52,934 nucleotides of DNA. Origin: a virus (lineage: Duplodnaviria > Caudoviricetes). Position 1 is the stretch's first letter. Each line of letters opens with the position of its first letter. A program made the translations under genes and the position numbers. Positions 1 through 9,741 of this stretch are shown one piece after another. The DNA is taken from IMG/VR virus record IMGVR_UViG_3300011126_000153, positions 1 to 52,934 of that record. One strand, given 5' to 3'. The notes beneath the pieces were generated by a model. The model searched no databases, was not told the DNA's origin, and saw only the letters and a program-made list of their open reading frames with translations.

Positions 1-21
1 GACGACAACCAATATCAGAGA
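1..21. repeat. Terminal overlap copy 1 (circular assembly)
   Basis: GACGACAACCAATATCAGAGA is identical to 52914-52934; the capsid ORF is continuous across the join. Confidence 0.97.
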
Positions 22-630
22 CAATTCCCTGAAAATACTAGGTCACTTAAGTGTTCATTAGCTACTACTAAAAATACTTTTGGTGCTAATATTTTGAACA
101 ATGCTTTTAATCCAGCTCACTCTATCGGAGATGGTCAACCTGTATGTTCAAGGAATCATCCAATTGATGGCGGAGTATACTCTAATTCATTAGAAGGACA
201 GGCTACGGTTGACTTTAGTGAAGCAGGTGTAGAACAAGCTATCATTGAGATACAAAAATTCCCTATGCAAAGTGGTATTTTATCTCAAACTATGCCTAAA
301 AAGCTAATACTACCACGTGAGCTGCAATTTGCAGCATCAAGACTCTTAGATTCTAAGTTTCGTGTGGATGTAGCCAACAATGATATAAACGCTTTATATC
401 ATAATGATTACATTCCCGGTGGCTACAAAATCAACCAATATCTTACTTCACCCTCTGCTTGGTTCTTACTTACTGATGCAGAAGATGGGCTAAAGCATTT
501 TCAAAGATCTGCTGTTGAAACTGATACATATGTTGATTTCGCAACAGATAACATCATGGTTAAGGCGACTGAAAGATATTCTTTCGGTGTGTCTAATCCT
601 CGTGGAATCTTTGGTTCACCTGGAGTTTAA
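1..630 (+). CDS. Major capsid protein, 3' part (gene starts at 52638 and wraps; about 301 aa in total)
   Basis: Frame open from base 1 (DDNQYQRQFPEN...); motifs GDGQPVCSRNHP, PKKLILPREL, YLTSPSAWFL and ERYSFGVSNPRGIFGSPG are typical of HK97-fold capsids of the Mu gpT-like family. Confidence 0.9.
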   Translation, partial: DDNQYQRQFPENTRSLKCSLATTKNTFGANILNNAFNPAHSIGDGQPVCSRNHPIDGGVYSNSLEGQATVDFSEAGVEQAIIEIQKFPMQSGILSQTMPKKLILPRELQFAASRLLDSKFRVDVANNDINALYHNDYIPGGYKINQYLTSPSAWFLLTDAEDGLKHFQRSAVETDTYVDFATDNIMVKATERYSFGVSNPRGIFGSPGV

Positions 631-641
631 TAATTAAGCTT

Positions 642-676
642 AAGCAGCCTCGGACTCATTCCCTCCGAGGTTGTTT
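642..676 (+). terminator. Intrinsic terminator-like hairpin after the capsid gene
   Basis: AAGCAGCCTCGGA-9nt-TCCGAGGTTGTTT. Confidence 0.7.
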
Positions 677-699
677 ATATCGTTGAATAAGGTGTATTA

Positions 700-1359
700 A
701 TGACAGTATTTACAAAATTAAAATGGCCAGTACAGGATCTATCGGCTGTGTCTGCTTTGCAGGATGTGCTTATACCTGGTGATTTGCTATTAAATGGTAC
801 TTTGCTTAATCCCGATATTCCCGATCAAATCTCTTTTATTAGAGCAAGAATGATAAGATCTGTATCGCTTACTTCTATTAATGATTTAAGCCTTACGAAT
901 TTTATTATTACTGGGCTACAAAATGGTGGGTATGTATCAGAGACCATTAGTGGCCCTAACAATAATACAGTATATGGCACGAAATATTATGACACTATAA
1001 CGTCAGTAGTAGCTAGTACAGCAGTCTCAGGTATTCAAGCTGGCACTGGTGATGCTGGATTTTTACCATTATTGGAAATTAACACTATAGCAAATACTAT
1101 TAATTATTCTGCTCAAGTGTTATTGCCAGTAGGTTCTACTATTAATTATTCGTTATTTCAAACGCTAGATCAGATTAATAATAACTTTATTCCTTTTTTG
1201 AATCAGACGGCGCAATTATTCCCGGCTTTTGGACTTGCGAATGAAACGACCTCACAACTAGCTAATTCATTATTAATCACTAATTTTGTTCTATTAAAAG
1301 TGAATAGTTCTCTATTGCCTATTACAGATACTTTCGAATTTATATTATTACAGGAGTAA
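700..1359 (+). CDS. Virion structural protein, paralogue of 1362..2033
   Basis: Follows the capsid gene; shares LxLNG, RSxSLTSxN, GxQNG and ISGPNNNTV with the next ORF. Confidence 0.7.
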   Translation: MTVFTKLKWPVQDLSAVSALQDVLIPGDLLLNGTLLNPDIPDQISFIRARMIRSVSLTSINDLSLTNFIITGLQNGGYVSETISGPNNNTVYGTKYYDTITSVVASTAVSGIQAGTGDAGFLPLLEINTIANTINYSAQVLLPVGSTINYSLFQTLDQINNNFIPFLNQTAQLFPAFGLANETTSQLANSLLITNFVLLKVNSSLLPITDTFEFILLQE

Positions 1360-1361
1360 AC

Positions 1362-2033
1362 ATGTCAAGAAATTTAGAATACACATTTCCAGCAGCTAAT
1401 GAAGAAGATGTTTGCTTATTACAGGATACAGACGGCGGAGGTGATCCGCTTAAATTAAATGGTTTTCTAGTAAACTCTACTGGGGCAAAAGTATCGTTCC
1501 TAGAACGAGGTTATAGCCGTTCTCTTTCATTGACATCGGTTAATAATCTAGCCGCGGCACAATTCTTTGTGAATGGTATTCAGAACGGGGTGGAAATTCA
1601 AGAAATTATATCGGGGCCTAATAACAACACTGTTTTTACCACCGAAGTTTTTGATGAAATTACACGTGTTTTTGTTGGCCCAGCAGTTCAAGATATTAGC
1701 ATAGGTACAGGTGTAGATGGGTATTTTCCATTAATTGGAATAAATCTAGAAAGACCAGTGATAGATTATGCATTAAGTCTTGCTACATTTAATCGAACCG
1801 GAATTGTAACTATTATTTACGCTACGTTAGATGATATTCAGGAAAATGGCGAATCATATAACGATAATATAATAAATAACAAAAATTTAATTATATTAAA
1901 GCCAGCTAGTACTGAGAATAATTATATATTACCTCCTGAGGATGTAAGGATATATAAATCCTTATTAATAGAAATAATAGGTACTATATTAGATATAGAT
2001 GATGAAATTCAAATGAAATTTATACAAAGTTAA
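1362..2033 (+). CDS. Virion structural protein, paralogue of 700..1359
   Basis: Same shared motifs; RBS AGGAG upstream. Confidence 0.7.
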   Translation: MSRNLEYTFPAANEEDVCLLQDTDGGGDPLKLNGFLVNSTGAKVSFLERGYSRSLSLTSVNNLAAAQFFVNGIQNGVEIQEIISGPNNNTVFTTEVFDEITRVFVGPAVQDISIGTGVDGYFPLIGINLERPVIDYALSLATFNRTGIVTIIYATLDDIQENGESYNDNIINNKNLIILKPASTENNYILPPEDVRIYKSLLIEIIGTILDIDDEIQMKFIQS

Positions 2034-2042
2034 GGAGGAATT

Positions 2043-2222
2043 ATGTCGCAGAGTAGAGCAAAAAGAGAAGTCATGATTACAATGACTAAAGTAAAACCTG
2101 GTAGTTGCTCTAAAAAAGCCAGACATCATGGTGAAAAACAACAAGCAAAAGCCGATGATTCTAAAAATTCATCGACTGGAAACAAGGTTAATCTAGCAGA
2201 GATGTTAAAGGGTTTTATTTAA
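2043..2222 (+). CDS. Small basic protein, 59 aa (below the ORF-track cutoff)
   Basis: AGGAGG RBS; MSQSRAKREVMITMTKVKPG...NLAEMLKGFI fills the intergenic gap. Confidence 0.7.
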   Translation: MSQSRAKREVMITMTKVKPGSCSKKARHHGEKQQAKADDSKNSSTGNKVNLAEMLKGFI

Positions 2223-2252
2223 TAACAATATAATTTAAAAAGAGATGTTTCT

Positions 2253-3308
2253 ATGCATAATACCTCTGGTACTTATGATTTTCAATCTATCGAAGTTGAA
2301 CTTATTATAAGGGAAGCTTTTGAAAGAATTGGTATCTCTGGGGAATTTGTAGAACCTATAAAATTAGATTCAGCTAAAAGAAGTATCAATTTCTTGCTTC
2401 TTGATTGGATGAGTAAAAGTATTAATTTATGGACTTTAAAAAGCTTTTATATGACGCTAATAGAAGGGCAAAGAGAATATAAGTTAGCAACTGAAGTAAG
2501 TGATATTATTCAAGCTAATCTTAGAACATCAACGCGCCAGTTAAACGGCACTGCATCTTCTAGTGAGGGTAATGCTGCAAATGCATTTGATGGCGATTCT
2601 AGCACTGCGTGTACTCAAGTTACACCAGGGGGTGATATAACATATGATTATGGGGAGGGGGTAACTCAACAAATTACTTTTTTTGGTATTCAATCTAATG
2701 TGGAAACTAACCCTAACCTATTAGTAGAGATTTCTTTAGATAATATTAATTGGGTAACTATATTGTCAATTTTACCTAATGAGCACACCCTTGTTGTGGG
2801 AGTTATTGAATGGTTTGATATTCCAACTCCGTATGATGCAAGGTACTTTAGAGTTAGTAGTTTTTCAGATGAACCTCTTGATATTCAAGAGATATATTTT
2901 AATAACAACACTTTAGATTTTGCCATTACCAATGTAAGTAAGTACGAATACAATAATTACCCAAATAAATATCTGCAAGGTCGGCCTTCTGTTTATTATC
3001 TTGATCGTCAATCTGATCCTATTGTAAATATATGGCCTACTGCCTCAGAGCAATATAATTGCCTATTTATTTCGTATAAAGAAATGATGCAAGATGCAGG
3101 ATCTTATACCAACTCTCTTGATATTCCCTCAGGATTCTATCCTGCTTTAGTTTGGGGCTTAAGTTGGCACTTAGCTTTAAAATACAATCCTTCATTAGCC
3201 GAGATGCTAAAGAATGAATACGAGCAATCTTTTACTATTGCTACAAATGAAGATACAGAAAGCGTCCCTATACACCTTGGAATTGATGACAGTAGTTATA
3301 GAGAATAG
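2253..3308 (+). CDS. Head-tail adaptor-like virion protein with an inserted discoidin/galactose-binding-like domain
   Basis: N-terminal TSGTYDF...IIREAFERIG...AKRSINFLLLDW..NLW; central ANAFDGDSST...ARYFRV; C-terminal GRPSVYY..IWP..ALVWGL. Confidence 0.65.
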   Translation: MHNTSGTYDFQSIEVELIIREAFERIGISGEFVEPIKLDSAKRSINFLLLDWMSKSINLWTLKSFYMTLIEGQREYKLATEVSDIIQANLRTSTRQLNGTASSSEGNAANAFDGDSSTACTQVTPGGDITYDYGEGVTQQITFFGIQSNVETNPNLLVEISLDNINWVTILSILPNEHTLVVGVIEWFDIPTPYDARYFRVSSFSDEPLDIQEIYFNNNTLDFAITNVSKYEYNNYPNKYLQGRPSVYYLDRQSDPIVNIWPTASEQYNCLFISYKEMMQDAGSYTNSLDIPSGFYPALVWGLSWHLALKYNPSLAEMLKNEYEQSFTIATNEDTESVPIHLGIDDSSYRE

Positions 3309-3316
3309 GGGGATAT

Positions 3317-3658
3317 ATGAGCGGATCGAATAAAAGCCACGGAAAGTATGTAACTATAGACCCTAACAATCCATCCGCGGTTGGTGTTTGCGATCAAAGC
3401 GGATTTGTTTTTAATCATAAAGATTTAGTCAAACAGATGGAATGGAGAGGGGACTCTTTGGTTTGGACTGGGTTTTTAGTTGGAAAACCATTTTTAGATA
3501 TCCCTAATGAGCAAAACAGACCTCCTCTTGTAAAAGATGATCCGAAGGCGATTAAAAACCCCAGAATACCAGAATCTTACACCGATCCTGAATCTAATCC
3601 TGTGTTGCCACATGCGCAGCTTATGAAAAAATTAAATAATATGAATTGGGGTAGTTAA
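3317..3658 (+). CDS. Conserved phage morphogenesis-cluster protein
   Basis: AVGVCDQSGF...LVKQMEW...GFLV motif; operon position. Confidence 0.65.
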   Translation: MSGSNKSHGKYVTIDPNNPSAVGVCDQSGFVFNHKDLVKQMEWRGDSLVWTGFLVGKPFLDIPNEQNRPPLVKDDPKAIKNPRIPESYTDPESNPVLPHAQLMKKLNNMNWGS

Positions 3659-3662
3659 TGAC

Positions 3663-4331
3663 ATGAAATTTGATGTTTTACATAATTTTATTTCACCTGT
3701 AACTGGCAGAATATTATGCGATCCGGGTAAGATATTAGTAGGAGATGATGCAGGAATTGCTCAACCATCAACCGTTATTCCAATTGAAAGTTTACCAGAT
3801 CTAACATTCAATAAGATATGGCTGGGAGATCTTTTTAATCGCCCCGTAGAAAGTGGTATTTTAGATGAATTTGTAGCTGGCCCAGTAGAATCAGTCATCC
3901 CTTTGAATCTCACTATATGGGATGATTCATCAGGACGCCATATTAGAGATAGTGGTTATAATGTTGCTGGTTTAGCCGCTATAGCAGCAGCAGCAAATTT
4001 GGCTGCTGCTTCTGCTGCTGACGCGGCATTTGCTGCTGCTGTCGCTTCTGCTGCCGCTGTTGCTGCTGCTTCTGCTGCGTTTGCTTCTGCTGCTTTAGCA
4101 GGGGGTGAAGGAGACACTGGCGCACCTGGTTTTGGTTTTCCTGGCTCACCTGGTTTAGTTGGTGCAGCTGGAGTGTCTGGACAAAGTACGCTTTTTTTAG
4201 ATTCTAACATTAATGTTTCAGGTGGAAGAATCGAGGATATAGCCCCATCACCAGAAGCGGATTATGATGCTGTGAGCGCTAAATGGGTCTGGGATTTACT
4301 TAATGATAACGTTGAAATAAAATGGGAGTAA
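3663..4331 (+). CDS. Fibre-like protein with Ala-rich helix, short collagen-like Gly-X-Y and trimeric stalk/neck motif
   Basis: Poly-Ala stretch, GEGDTGAPGFGFPGSPG, IEDIAPSPEADYDAVS. Confidence 0.6.
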   Translation: MKFDVLHNFISPVTGRILCDPGKILVGDDAGIAQPSTVIPIESLPDLTFNKIWLGDLFNRPVESGILDEFVAGPVESVIPLNLTIWDDSSGRHIRDSGYNVAGLAAIAAAANLAAASAADAAFAAAVASAAAVAAASAAFASAALAGGEGDTGAPGFGFPGSPGLVGAAGVSGQSTLFLDSNINVSGGRIEDIAPSPEADYDAVSAKWVWDLLNDNVEIKWE

Positions 4332-4335
4332 TATT

Positions 4336-5583
4336 ATGCCAATGAGTACTATCACTGTAGCTGGGATTAGCCCGACTCTAAATGTCTTAGGAGCTACGCA
4401 ACAATTTAACTATACGCAGCCACTATCTGCATTACAAATAACAAATAGTTTTATTCCTAGCGTTGGTATTCCATCGCAATTTAATGAGGAATATCGCAAT
4501 AATTTATTATCTGGGTTTAGATGGACGCATACAACGACTGATACGGACACACACGGGTCTTTAACTCTTCAAAGTTTTGTTAATGCCCAGTCTTCAGGCG
4601 TTGATATGTTAAGTTTTACAGAAGATAATAATATAGATTTTATTGTGCCACTAATCATATCGTCTGATCTAGATATGAATAATAATAAAATTACTAATCT
4701 AGCAACTCCTATATTAGGTACAGATGCTGCTACAAAAGATTATGCAGATTTAGCAACGAGCGGACTCGTTACTTTAGTATCAGATGTCACAGGTAGCGGA
4801 AATGTTGGTACGAATATAACAACTACTTTTAAGCCAGATCCTATCTTTTTAGGAACTGGCTCTATAACTATCCCAGTAGGTACAACCGCTGAGCGTCCAG
4901 TTGCCCCAGCTGAAGGGATGAGTAGATATAATTCAACTATTTCTAATCAAGAGATTTACAACGGTTCTATCTGGCGCCCTGTGGGAAGTGGTGACGGAGA
5001 CGGAAGCGTAACAAGCATAACAGCTAGTACGGGTCTTGATGGTGGCGTTATTACTACTATTGGCTCAATAAGTATATCCGATACTGCGGTTACTCCAGCT
5101 AGTTATACCAATGCTAGTTTCACCGTTAATGCGCAGGGTCAACTAACCGCGGCAAATAGCAATCCTACGGGAGTGCAAGCCAGCTTATATATGGTAGGTA
5201 ATGTAGTTACTACTTCTATACTTATAGCAGATGATTTTGTGAAAGCAGAGGGAACAACTGTATCTACTATATTGAATGATTTCACTATGCCTTTAAACAA
5301 CCGTTTTCTTTACACTGGTATAGATAACATCACAACTCTTGTGCATGCTAATATTAGTTTTTCAGGAACTCTCTCTAATCGTGTATTTGGGATGGCTGTA
5401 TATAAAAATGGGGTGCAAGTCTTATCACCTAATTATAATAAGGTGGGTGGTAATACTATAACGAATTTTGTTGTCACAGTTCCAGTGGAGTTTGCTACCA
5501 ATGATTATATAGAGATTTTTGTCACTGCTAATAATACCAGTGTTATAACAGTTCAGAATATAAATTTATCTGTAACATTATAA
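4336..5583 (+). CDS. Tail fibre/spike-like protein
   Basis: KITNLATPILGTDAATKDY, PVGTTAERP..GMSRYNS, TVNAQGQLT motifs; beta-rich C-terminal head (NDYIEIFV). Confidence 0.75.
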   Translation: MPMSTITVAGISPTLNVLGATQQFNYTQPLSALQITNSFIPSVGIPSQFNEEYRNNLLSGFRWTHTTTDTDTHGSLTLQSFVNAQSSGVDMLSFTEDNNIDFIVPLIISSDLDMNNNKITNLATPILGTDAATKDYADLATSGLVTLVSDVTGSGNVGTNITTTFKPDPIFLGTGSITIPVGTTAERPVAPAEGMSRYNSTISNQEIYNGSIWRPVGSGDGDGSVTSITASTGLDGGVITTIGSISISDTAVTPASYTNASFTVNAQGQLTAANSNPTGVQASLYMVGNVVTTSILIADDFVKAEGTTVSTILNDFTMPLNNRFLYTGIDNITTLVHANISFSGTLSNRVFGMAVYKNGVQVLSPNYNKVGGNTITNFVVTVPVEFATNDYIEIFVTANNTSVITVQNINLSVTL

Positions 5584-5601
5584 TCATAAAGTGAAAAAAG
5601 G

Positions 5602-5610
5602 TGATATACT
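5602..5610 (+). promoter_or_regulatory. Extended -10 promoter element TGATATACT
   Basis: TGn-TAnnnT in intergenic DNA; similar TGATA(C/A/T)AAT at 29312, 41519, 42092, 44885 and 51583. Confidence 0.5.
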
Positions 5611-5627
5611 ACAATTATAAATAGTTG

Positions 5628-5675
5628 TACGAAACTTTAAATCGTATATTTGGTTATGTTTCTTCCCATAAAAGA
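5628..5675 (+). promoter_or_regulatory. Leader two-hairpin motif, copy 1
   Basis: TACGA-AACTTTAAA-TCGTA followed by TCTTCCCATAAAAGA. Confidence 0.7.
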
Positions 5676-5705
5676 TTTTTTTGATTAAATTTAAGAGATT
5701 CTTTT

Positions 5706-7064
5706 ATGCCTAAACCAGCTATTACTACCTTCTCTGGCGTTTCCGTGGCTCAAAGCCCTACAAACATAAATAATGGGCTTGGCGCTCCAGAGTTAACGCA
5801 AGCTCAAATAGATGCAATACCAAATGTTAAGAATGGAGTATTTGTATATAATACTGATACTAATAGTCTTGAAGTTAGAATAAATAATGCATGGGCTGAA
5901 TCAGGCACTGGAGGAGATGTTGATGGCCCAGCAGGTGCTACTAATAATAATTTTGCTGCATTTAATGGTGCAACTGGTAAACTAATAAAAGATAGTGGAA
6001 TAAATATTAACGATTTAGTTGATGGCCCAAACGGTGCTGTTGATGATAATATAGTTACATTTGACGGTACAACTGGTCTTTCAATAAAAGATAGCGGGGT
6101 AAGTATTACGGAGGTTCTTACTCCTTCTCCTAGTGAAACTTTCGCTTCAGAGCTTTATTTATCTACAGCTAGTAATTACATTGAGGATGCGGTGATACAA
6201 ACTGGTCACGAATTTGCCTGGTCTTCATCGCTTAAACTTCTTTTAAGGTCTTGTATAACAGGTGGTGGAGTTAGTAGTACTACTGATGGTGTAACTTGGT
6301 CAAATGTAGCGGATATGCCTTTAGGCAACTGGTGTGTCGCTTGGTCAGATGAGGAAGCGGTATTCTCTGCTACAGAATCAGGAGGGTCAGGTTTTTGTAG
6401 AAGCTATGATGGTGTAACTTGGTCTATAATCGCGAATACCACTGGTACGTTTAGTGCCTCTAGTGTTATATACAGCTCTGAGAGTAGTAGATTTTACGCC
6501 GGACACTCGGATGTTAATAATCGTATATATGGCTCAATAGATGGAGTTTCTTATGACCCTGATACAAGTGATAGAGAAGCTAGAGAGTTTGCTTTTGGAA
6601 ATGGTGTAACAGTTGCTGTTGGCAGTAATGGCCCTCAATATATAACCGCAGCTACTGCTGGTACTGGGATTTGGATTAATTCCGCAGCAACTTTTAGTGC
6701 AGAGTCTGTTGCCTTCTCTGAAGAACTTGGGTATTTCGTAGCCGTTCCAAGAGGCGGAGTATTAACAAATGTTTTTACAAGTGCTGATGGTATAAATTGG
6801 ACGACTCATACAAATGCATTTAATACCACAGATGACAAGCGGTTCATTTTATGGATACCTGCTTTATCAATGTTTCTTGCTGGTGGAGATGGTGAATATT
6901 TAGGTATATCTAAAGATGGCCTTACGTTTAAACAAGTAGCGGATTTTACTATTGCTACGGGTACTGATACATATCAAGGAATCTATATTGATGAATGGGG
7001 AGAATTAATAATGGGAAGAAATGCATTAAGTGTAACTAGAACAGCAAAAAGATTTATTTATTAA
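5706..7064 (+). CDS. Tail fibre/receptor-binding protein with Asp-box (SxDGxxW) beta-propeller
   Basis: Two GPxGAxxxN..FxGxTG..IKDSG repeats; TTDGVTW, SYDGVTW, SADGINW, SKDGLTF. Confidence 0.75.
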   Translation: MPKPAITTFSGVSVAQSPTNINNGLGAPELTQAQIDAIPNVKNGVFVYNTDTNSLEVRINNAWAESGTGGDVDGPAGATNNNFAAFNGATGKLIKDSGININDLVDGPNGAVDDNIVTFDGTTGLSIKDSGVSITEVLTPSPSETFASELYLSTASNYIEDAVIQTGHEFAWSSSLKLLLRSCITGGGVSSTTDGVTWSNVADMPLGNWCVAWSDEEAVFSATESGGSGFCRSYDGVTWSIIANTTGTFSASSVIYSSESSRFYAGHSDVNNRIYGSIDGVSYDPDTSDREAREFAFGNGVTVAVGSNGPQYITAATAGTGIWINSAATFSAESVAFSEELGYFVAVPRGGVLTNVFTSADGINWTTHTNAFNTTDDKRFILWIPALSMFLAGGDGEYLGISKDGLTFKQVADFTIATGTDTYQGIYIDEWGELIMGRNALSVTRTAKRFIY

Positions 7065-7083
7065 AAGAAGATAGAGAAAAACT

Positions 7084-7329
7084 ATGTCTAAGCAACAACA
7101 ATTAGATCTTTTAAATGCTGAGGTAGCTTTATGCAACGCATATATTCTGCAGAAAGATCAATATATAGTCGATTTGAATGCTGCTATTACTCAAACTGAA
7201 GCTCAAATTGTAACATTTAATTCTTCGGTAACACAAGCGAACACTGATAAAGCGAGTATTCAGGCTAATATAACTCTTTTTAATGAGATTATTACGATAA
7301 TCGGAGCTACGAGCGGAAATAACAATTAA
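7084..7329 (+). CDS. Small coiled-coil protein
   Basis: Heptad-like pattern; in the structural operon. Confidence 0.6.
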   Translation: MSKQQQLDLLNAEVALCNAYILQKDQYIVDLNAAITQTEAQIVTFNSSVTQANTDKASIQANITLFNEIITIIGATSGNNN

Positions 7330-7349
7330 TTATAAACAAAGGGAATTTT

Positions 7350-7622
7350 ATGAAAAACAATATTGAATTAATGATCGAAGAACAAAAAAATAAAAGCATT
7401 GTAGTCAATAGTTTGATGATTGATTTGCAATATATTCAGACATTAACTTCACAGCTTTTTGCTACAAATGCTAAATCACTACCTGAGTATAAAAACGGAT
7501 GTGTAGCTTTAAGTAATCTTTGCGATAAAACTGAGGTCTCATTGAGAGAATTAAAAGCAATGATTCCTGTTGAGGAAGACGATAAGGCTAAACCTCGTGT
7601 TGTAGAAGGGGTGGTGAAATAA
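7350..7622 (+). CDS. Hypothetical protein
   Basis: ORF in operon. Confidence 0.6.
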   Translation: MKNNIELMIEEQKNKSIVVNSLMIDLQYIQTLTSQLFATNAKSLPEYKNGCVALSNLCDKTEVSLRELKAMIPVEEDDKAKPRVVEGVVK

Positions 7623-7628
7623 AGAATT

Positions 7629-8015
7629 ATGGGAGTTTTTGTTGATTACGATAGTAACCCTTTTGTTGATCTAAGTGAAGTGCCAACTACTATTTTAGTG
7701 ACTGATGCGCATCCTATAGTAGTACTGGGTATTCTTGTTACCAACAGAGGATCTGAGGCTATTAGATTTACTTTAAAACACCTCGAAACAACTATTTCTC
7801 CTATTGAAACAGTTTCTATTCCTGAGTTTGAGATTAAACCTCTCACAGCTGTAGATATTGTAGCTGAATTTGGATTAACTATTATTCTAAAATATAAAGA
7901 AGCTCCAGATCCAAGCTTGGTTAGTAGTTTAATTTGTTTTACTAATGGTTATACACAAAAGTTTGATTGCACAGTCAGTTATCAAGTTCTTAAGGACTTA
8001 CCTTTGCTAGTCTAG
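7629..8015 (+). CDS. Putative virion protein (beta-rich)
   Basis: ORF in structural operon; IVVLGILVTN motif. Confidence 0.6.
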   Translation: MGVFVDYDSNPFVDLSEVPTTILVTDAHPIVVLGILVTNRGSEAIRFTLKHLETTISPIETVSIPEFEIKPLTAVDIVAEFGLTIILKYKEAPDPSLVSSLICFTNGYTQKFDCTVSYQVLKDLPLLV

Positions 8016-8019
8016 TTTC

Positions 8020-8068
8020 TACGAAACTTAAAATCGTATTAGGTTACTTATTCTTCTCCATAAAAGAA
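8020..8068 (+). promoter_or_regulatory. Leader two-hairpin motif, copy 2
   Basis: TACGA-AACTTAAAA-TCGTA followed by TTCTTCTCCATAAAAGAA. Confidence 0.7.
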
Positions 8069-8100
8069 TCTTTATATTTTAAAATTAAAAAGAGGATCTT

Positions 8101-8493
8101 ATGGAAAAGCCAGCAATAACACGTATCAACGGTGGTTTTGAAATCGTTGCAAACCCAAAATCTAATGAAAATAACGGTTTTTATCTACCGCGATTAAGTA
8201 CAGAACAAAGGGATGCACTAGAAAATGTGGGAGGACTTATGATATTTCATAATAACAATAATGCTTATGAAGTCGCTCAAAACGGTAATTGGTATCAGAT
8301 TAATAGAACTTTATCAACTCCTACTATTGGTGCAGGTCTCGCCCCTGGAAGCGCTCCAATCGTTCTGCCAATTGGAGAGGCGATTGATGTTCAAGTAGCA
8401 GCAAATGAAGTCAAAGGATTTATATATTATGACTCAACAAGTGAGACCTATAGAGCGTATCAGCAAAGCGGTTGGGTCGCGGTAACAGTTTAA
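8101..8493 (+). CDS. Short fibre-related protein; paralogous to the N-terminus of 5706..7064
   Basis: MxKPAIT...NNG..PxLxxxQxDA...W shared. Confidence 0.7.
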   Translation: MEKPAITRINGGFEIVANPKSNENNGFYLPRLSTEQRDALENVGGLMIFHNNNNAYEVAQNGNWYQINRTLSTPTIGAGLAPGSAPIVLPIGEAIDVQVAANEVKGFIYYDSTSETYRAYQQSGWVAVTV

Positions 8494-8505
8494 AGAGGTA
8501 TAATC

Positions 8506-9741
8506 ATGGATCCAGCACTTTTAAATTATTTGCAAAGTCAAGCTCAACAAGAGCAAGCTCCCGATATGGGGCAAGAGATGCCAATGCAAGCACCGCCAAT
8601 GCAAGCACCGCAGATGCAAGCACCGCAAGAGCAAGCCCCATACAATCCTTTTGATTCAGGGATTCAGAAAGCTATTTCAAGTGCAAGAGAATCTCTCGGG
8701 ATGACTGAGCAGCAGCAAGATAGAGCCTTAAGAAATTCAATACTTACTTTTGGCGATAATATAGGTCAGCAACCTAGGCAAAAAGGTTTTTGGAATAATT
8801 TCGGGTCAGCTGCTAGAGCTTTATCTCCTGCAATTCGTGATTATGATAATTCAGAGGATGCGGCTCTTACTCAAAATAATGCTCTTGCTAATCAAATACT
8901 AAATCGTCAAGCAGCTGAGCAACAAAGACAGAGTCAGCTTGAAGATACAAATTGGAAAAGAGGTTTTGACGAAGAGCAATTTGCAACTAAAAAGCAACAG
9001 GCAACAGACCAGCTTGCAGAGCAAGCGCGCTATCATGATTTGATGAAACCAAAACCCGCTGGAAACGAAGGGGGTAATGAAGGTACTTATGATAAAAAAA
9101 CTTTAGATCATATACATAAGAAAAACATCGACCACAGTGAAGATATATACAAAAAAAATAAGACTTCCGAAATAACGACCAAGGCATTAACTAGTATCAA
9201 AGACGTCCTTGCTAAGGAAAGAGACGCGGGAAGTTGGCAACAAGGCTCAGGTCTTTCGGCTAAAATATCTAGATATGTAGCTGCCTCTGCTGGCAAAAAC
9301 GATGCTCAAAAAGAAATATTATTAAAACGTATGCCTTTATTTGGTAGTTTAAAAGAAATGTTTGGGGCAAGAATCACTAACCTAGATTTAGAATTATTTA
9401 TAAAATCATTACCAGGATTGGATCAACCACCAGAGGTTGCGATAGCAGAATTAGAACAGCGTATTAATAATGAAAAATTATCTTCAAAGGAGAGGAGCTT
9501 AAGACAAGAGATTGTAGAAGACGAATTTAATAATAAAGTTCCTTTCTATTCTACGCAGGTAAATAAAAGAGTTGAAGAAAGGATGGGTCTTGCGCAAGAG
9601 CCGGATAACTTAGAGAAAAAGGTTGAGCCAAAAACCGGAATTACCTTATACGATCCAGCGATTAACAAAACTTACTATAATGTTACTCCTGAACACGCTC
9701 AGCATTACTTATCTCAGAATCCAAACTTGGTGCAACAATAA
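8506..9741 (+). CDS. Putative internal virion/DNA ejection protein
   Basis: Gln-rich and helical; MQAP repeats near the N-terminus; position in the tail cluster. Confidence 0.55.
   Translation: MDPALLNYLQSQAQQEQAPDMGQEMPMQAPPMQAPQMQAPQEQAPYNPFDSGIQKAISSARESLGMTEQQQDRALRNSILTFGDNIGQQPRQKGFWNNFGSAARALSPAIRDYDNSEDAALTQNNALANQILNRQAAEQQRQSQLEDTNWKRGFDEEQFATKKQQATDQLAEQARYHDLMKPKPAGNEGGNEGTYDKKTLDHIHKKNIDHSEDIYKKNKTSEITTKALTSIKDVLAKERDAGSWQQGSGLSAKISRYVAASAGKNDAQKEILLKRMPLFGSLKEMFGARITNLDLELFIKSLPGLDQPPEVAIAELEQRINNEKLSSKERSLRQEIVEDEFNNKVPFYSTQVNKRVEERMGLAQEPDNLEKKVEPKTGITLYDPAINKTYYNVTPEHAQHYLSQNPNLVQQ

Noticed and set aside
1-21. Terminal repeat as a biological direct terminal repeat
   Set aside because: It is only 21 bp and falls mid-capsid gene, typical of an assembler overlap on a circular contig
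94-630. 178-aa ORF as a complete gene
   Set aside because: The frame is open upstream through the junction to the ATG at 52638
3956-4210. Ala-rich antisense ORFs (also 15077..15289, 11172..11573, 50811..51329 and the plus-strand ORFs over the array)
   Set aside because: Shadows of real genes on the opposite strand; no RBS or independent features
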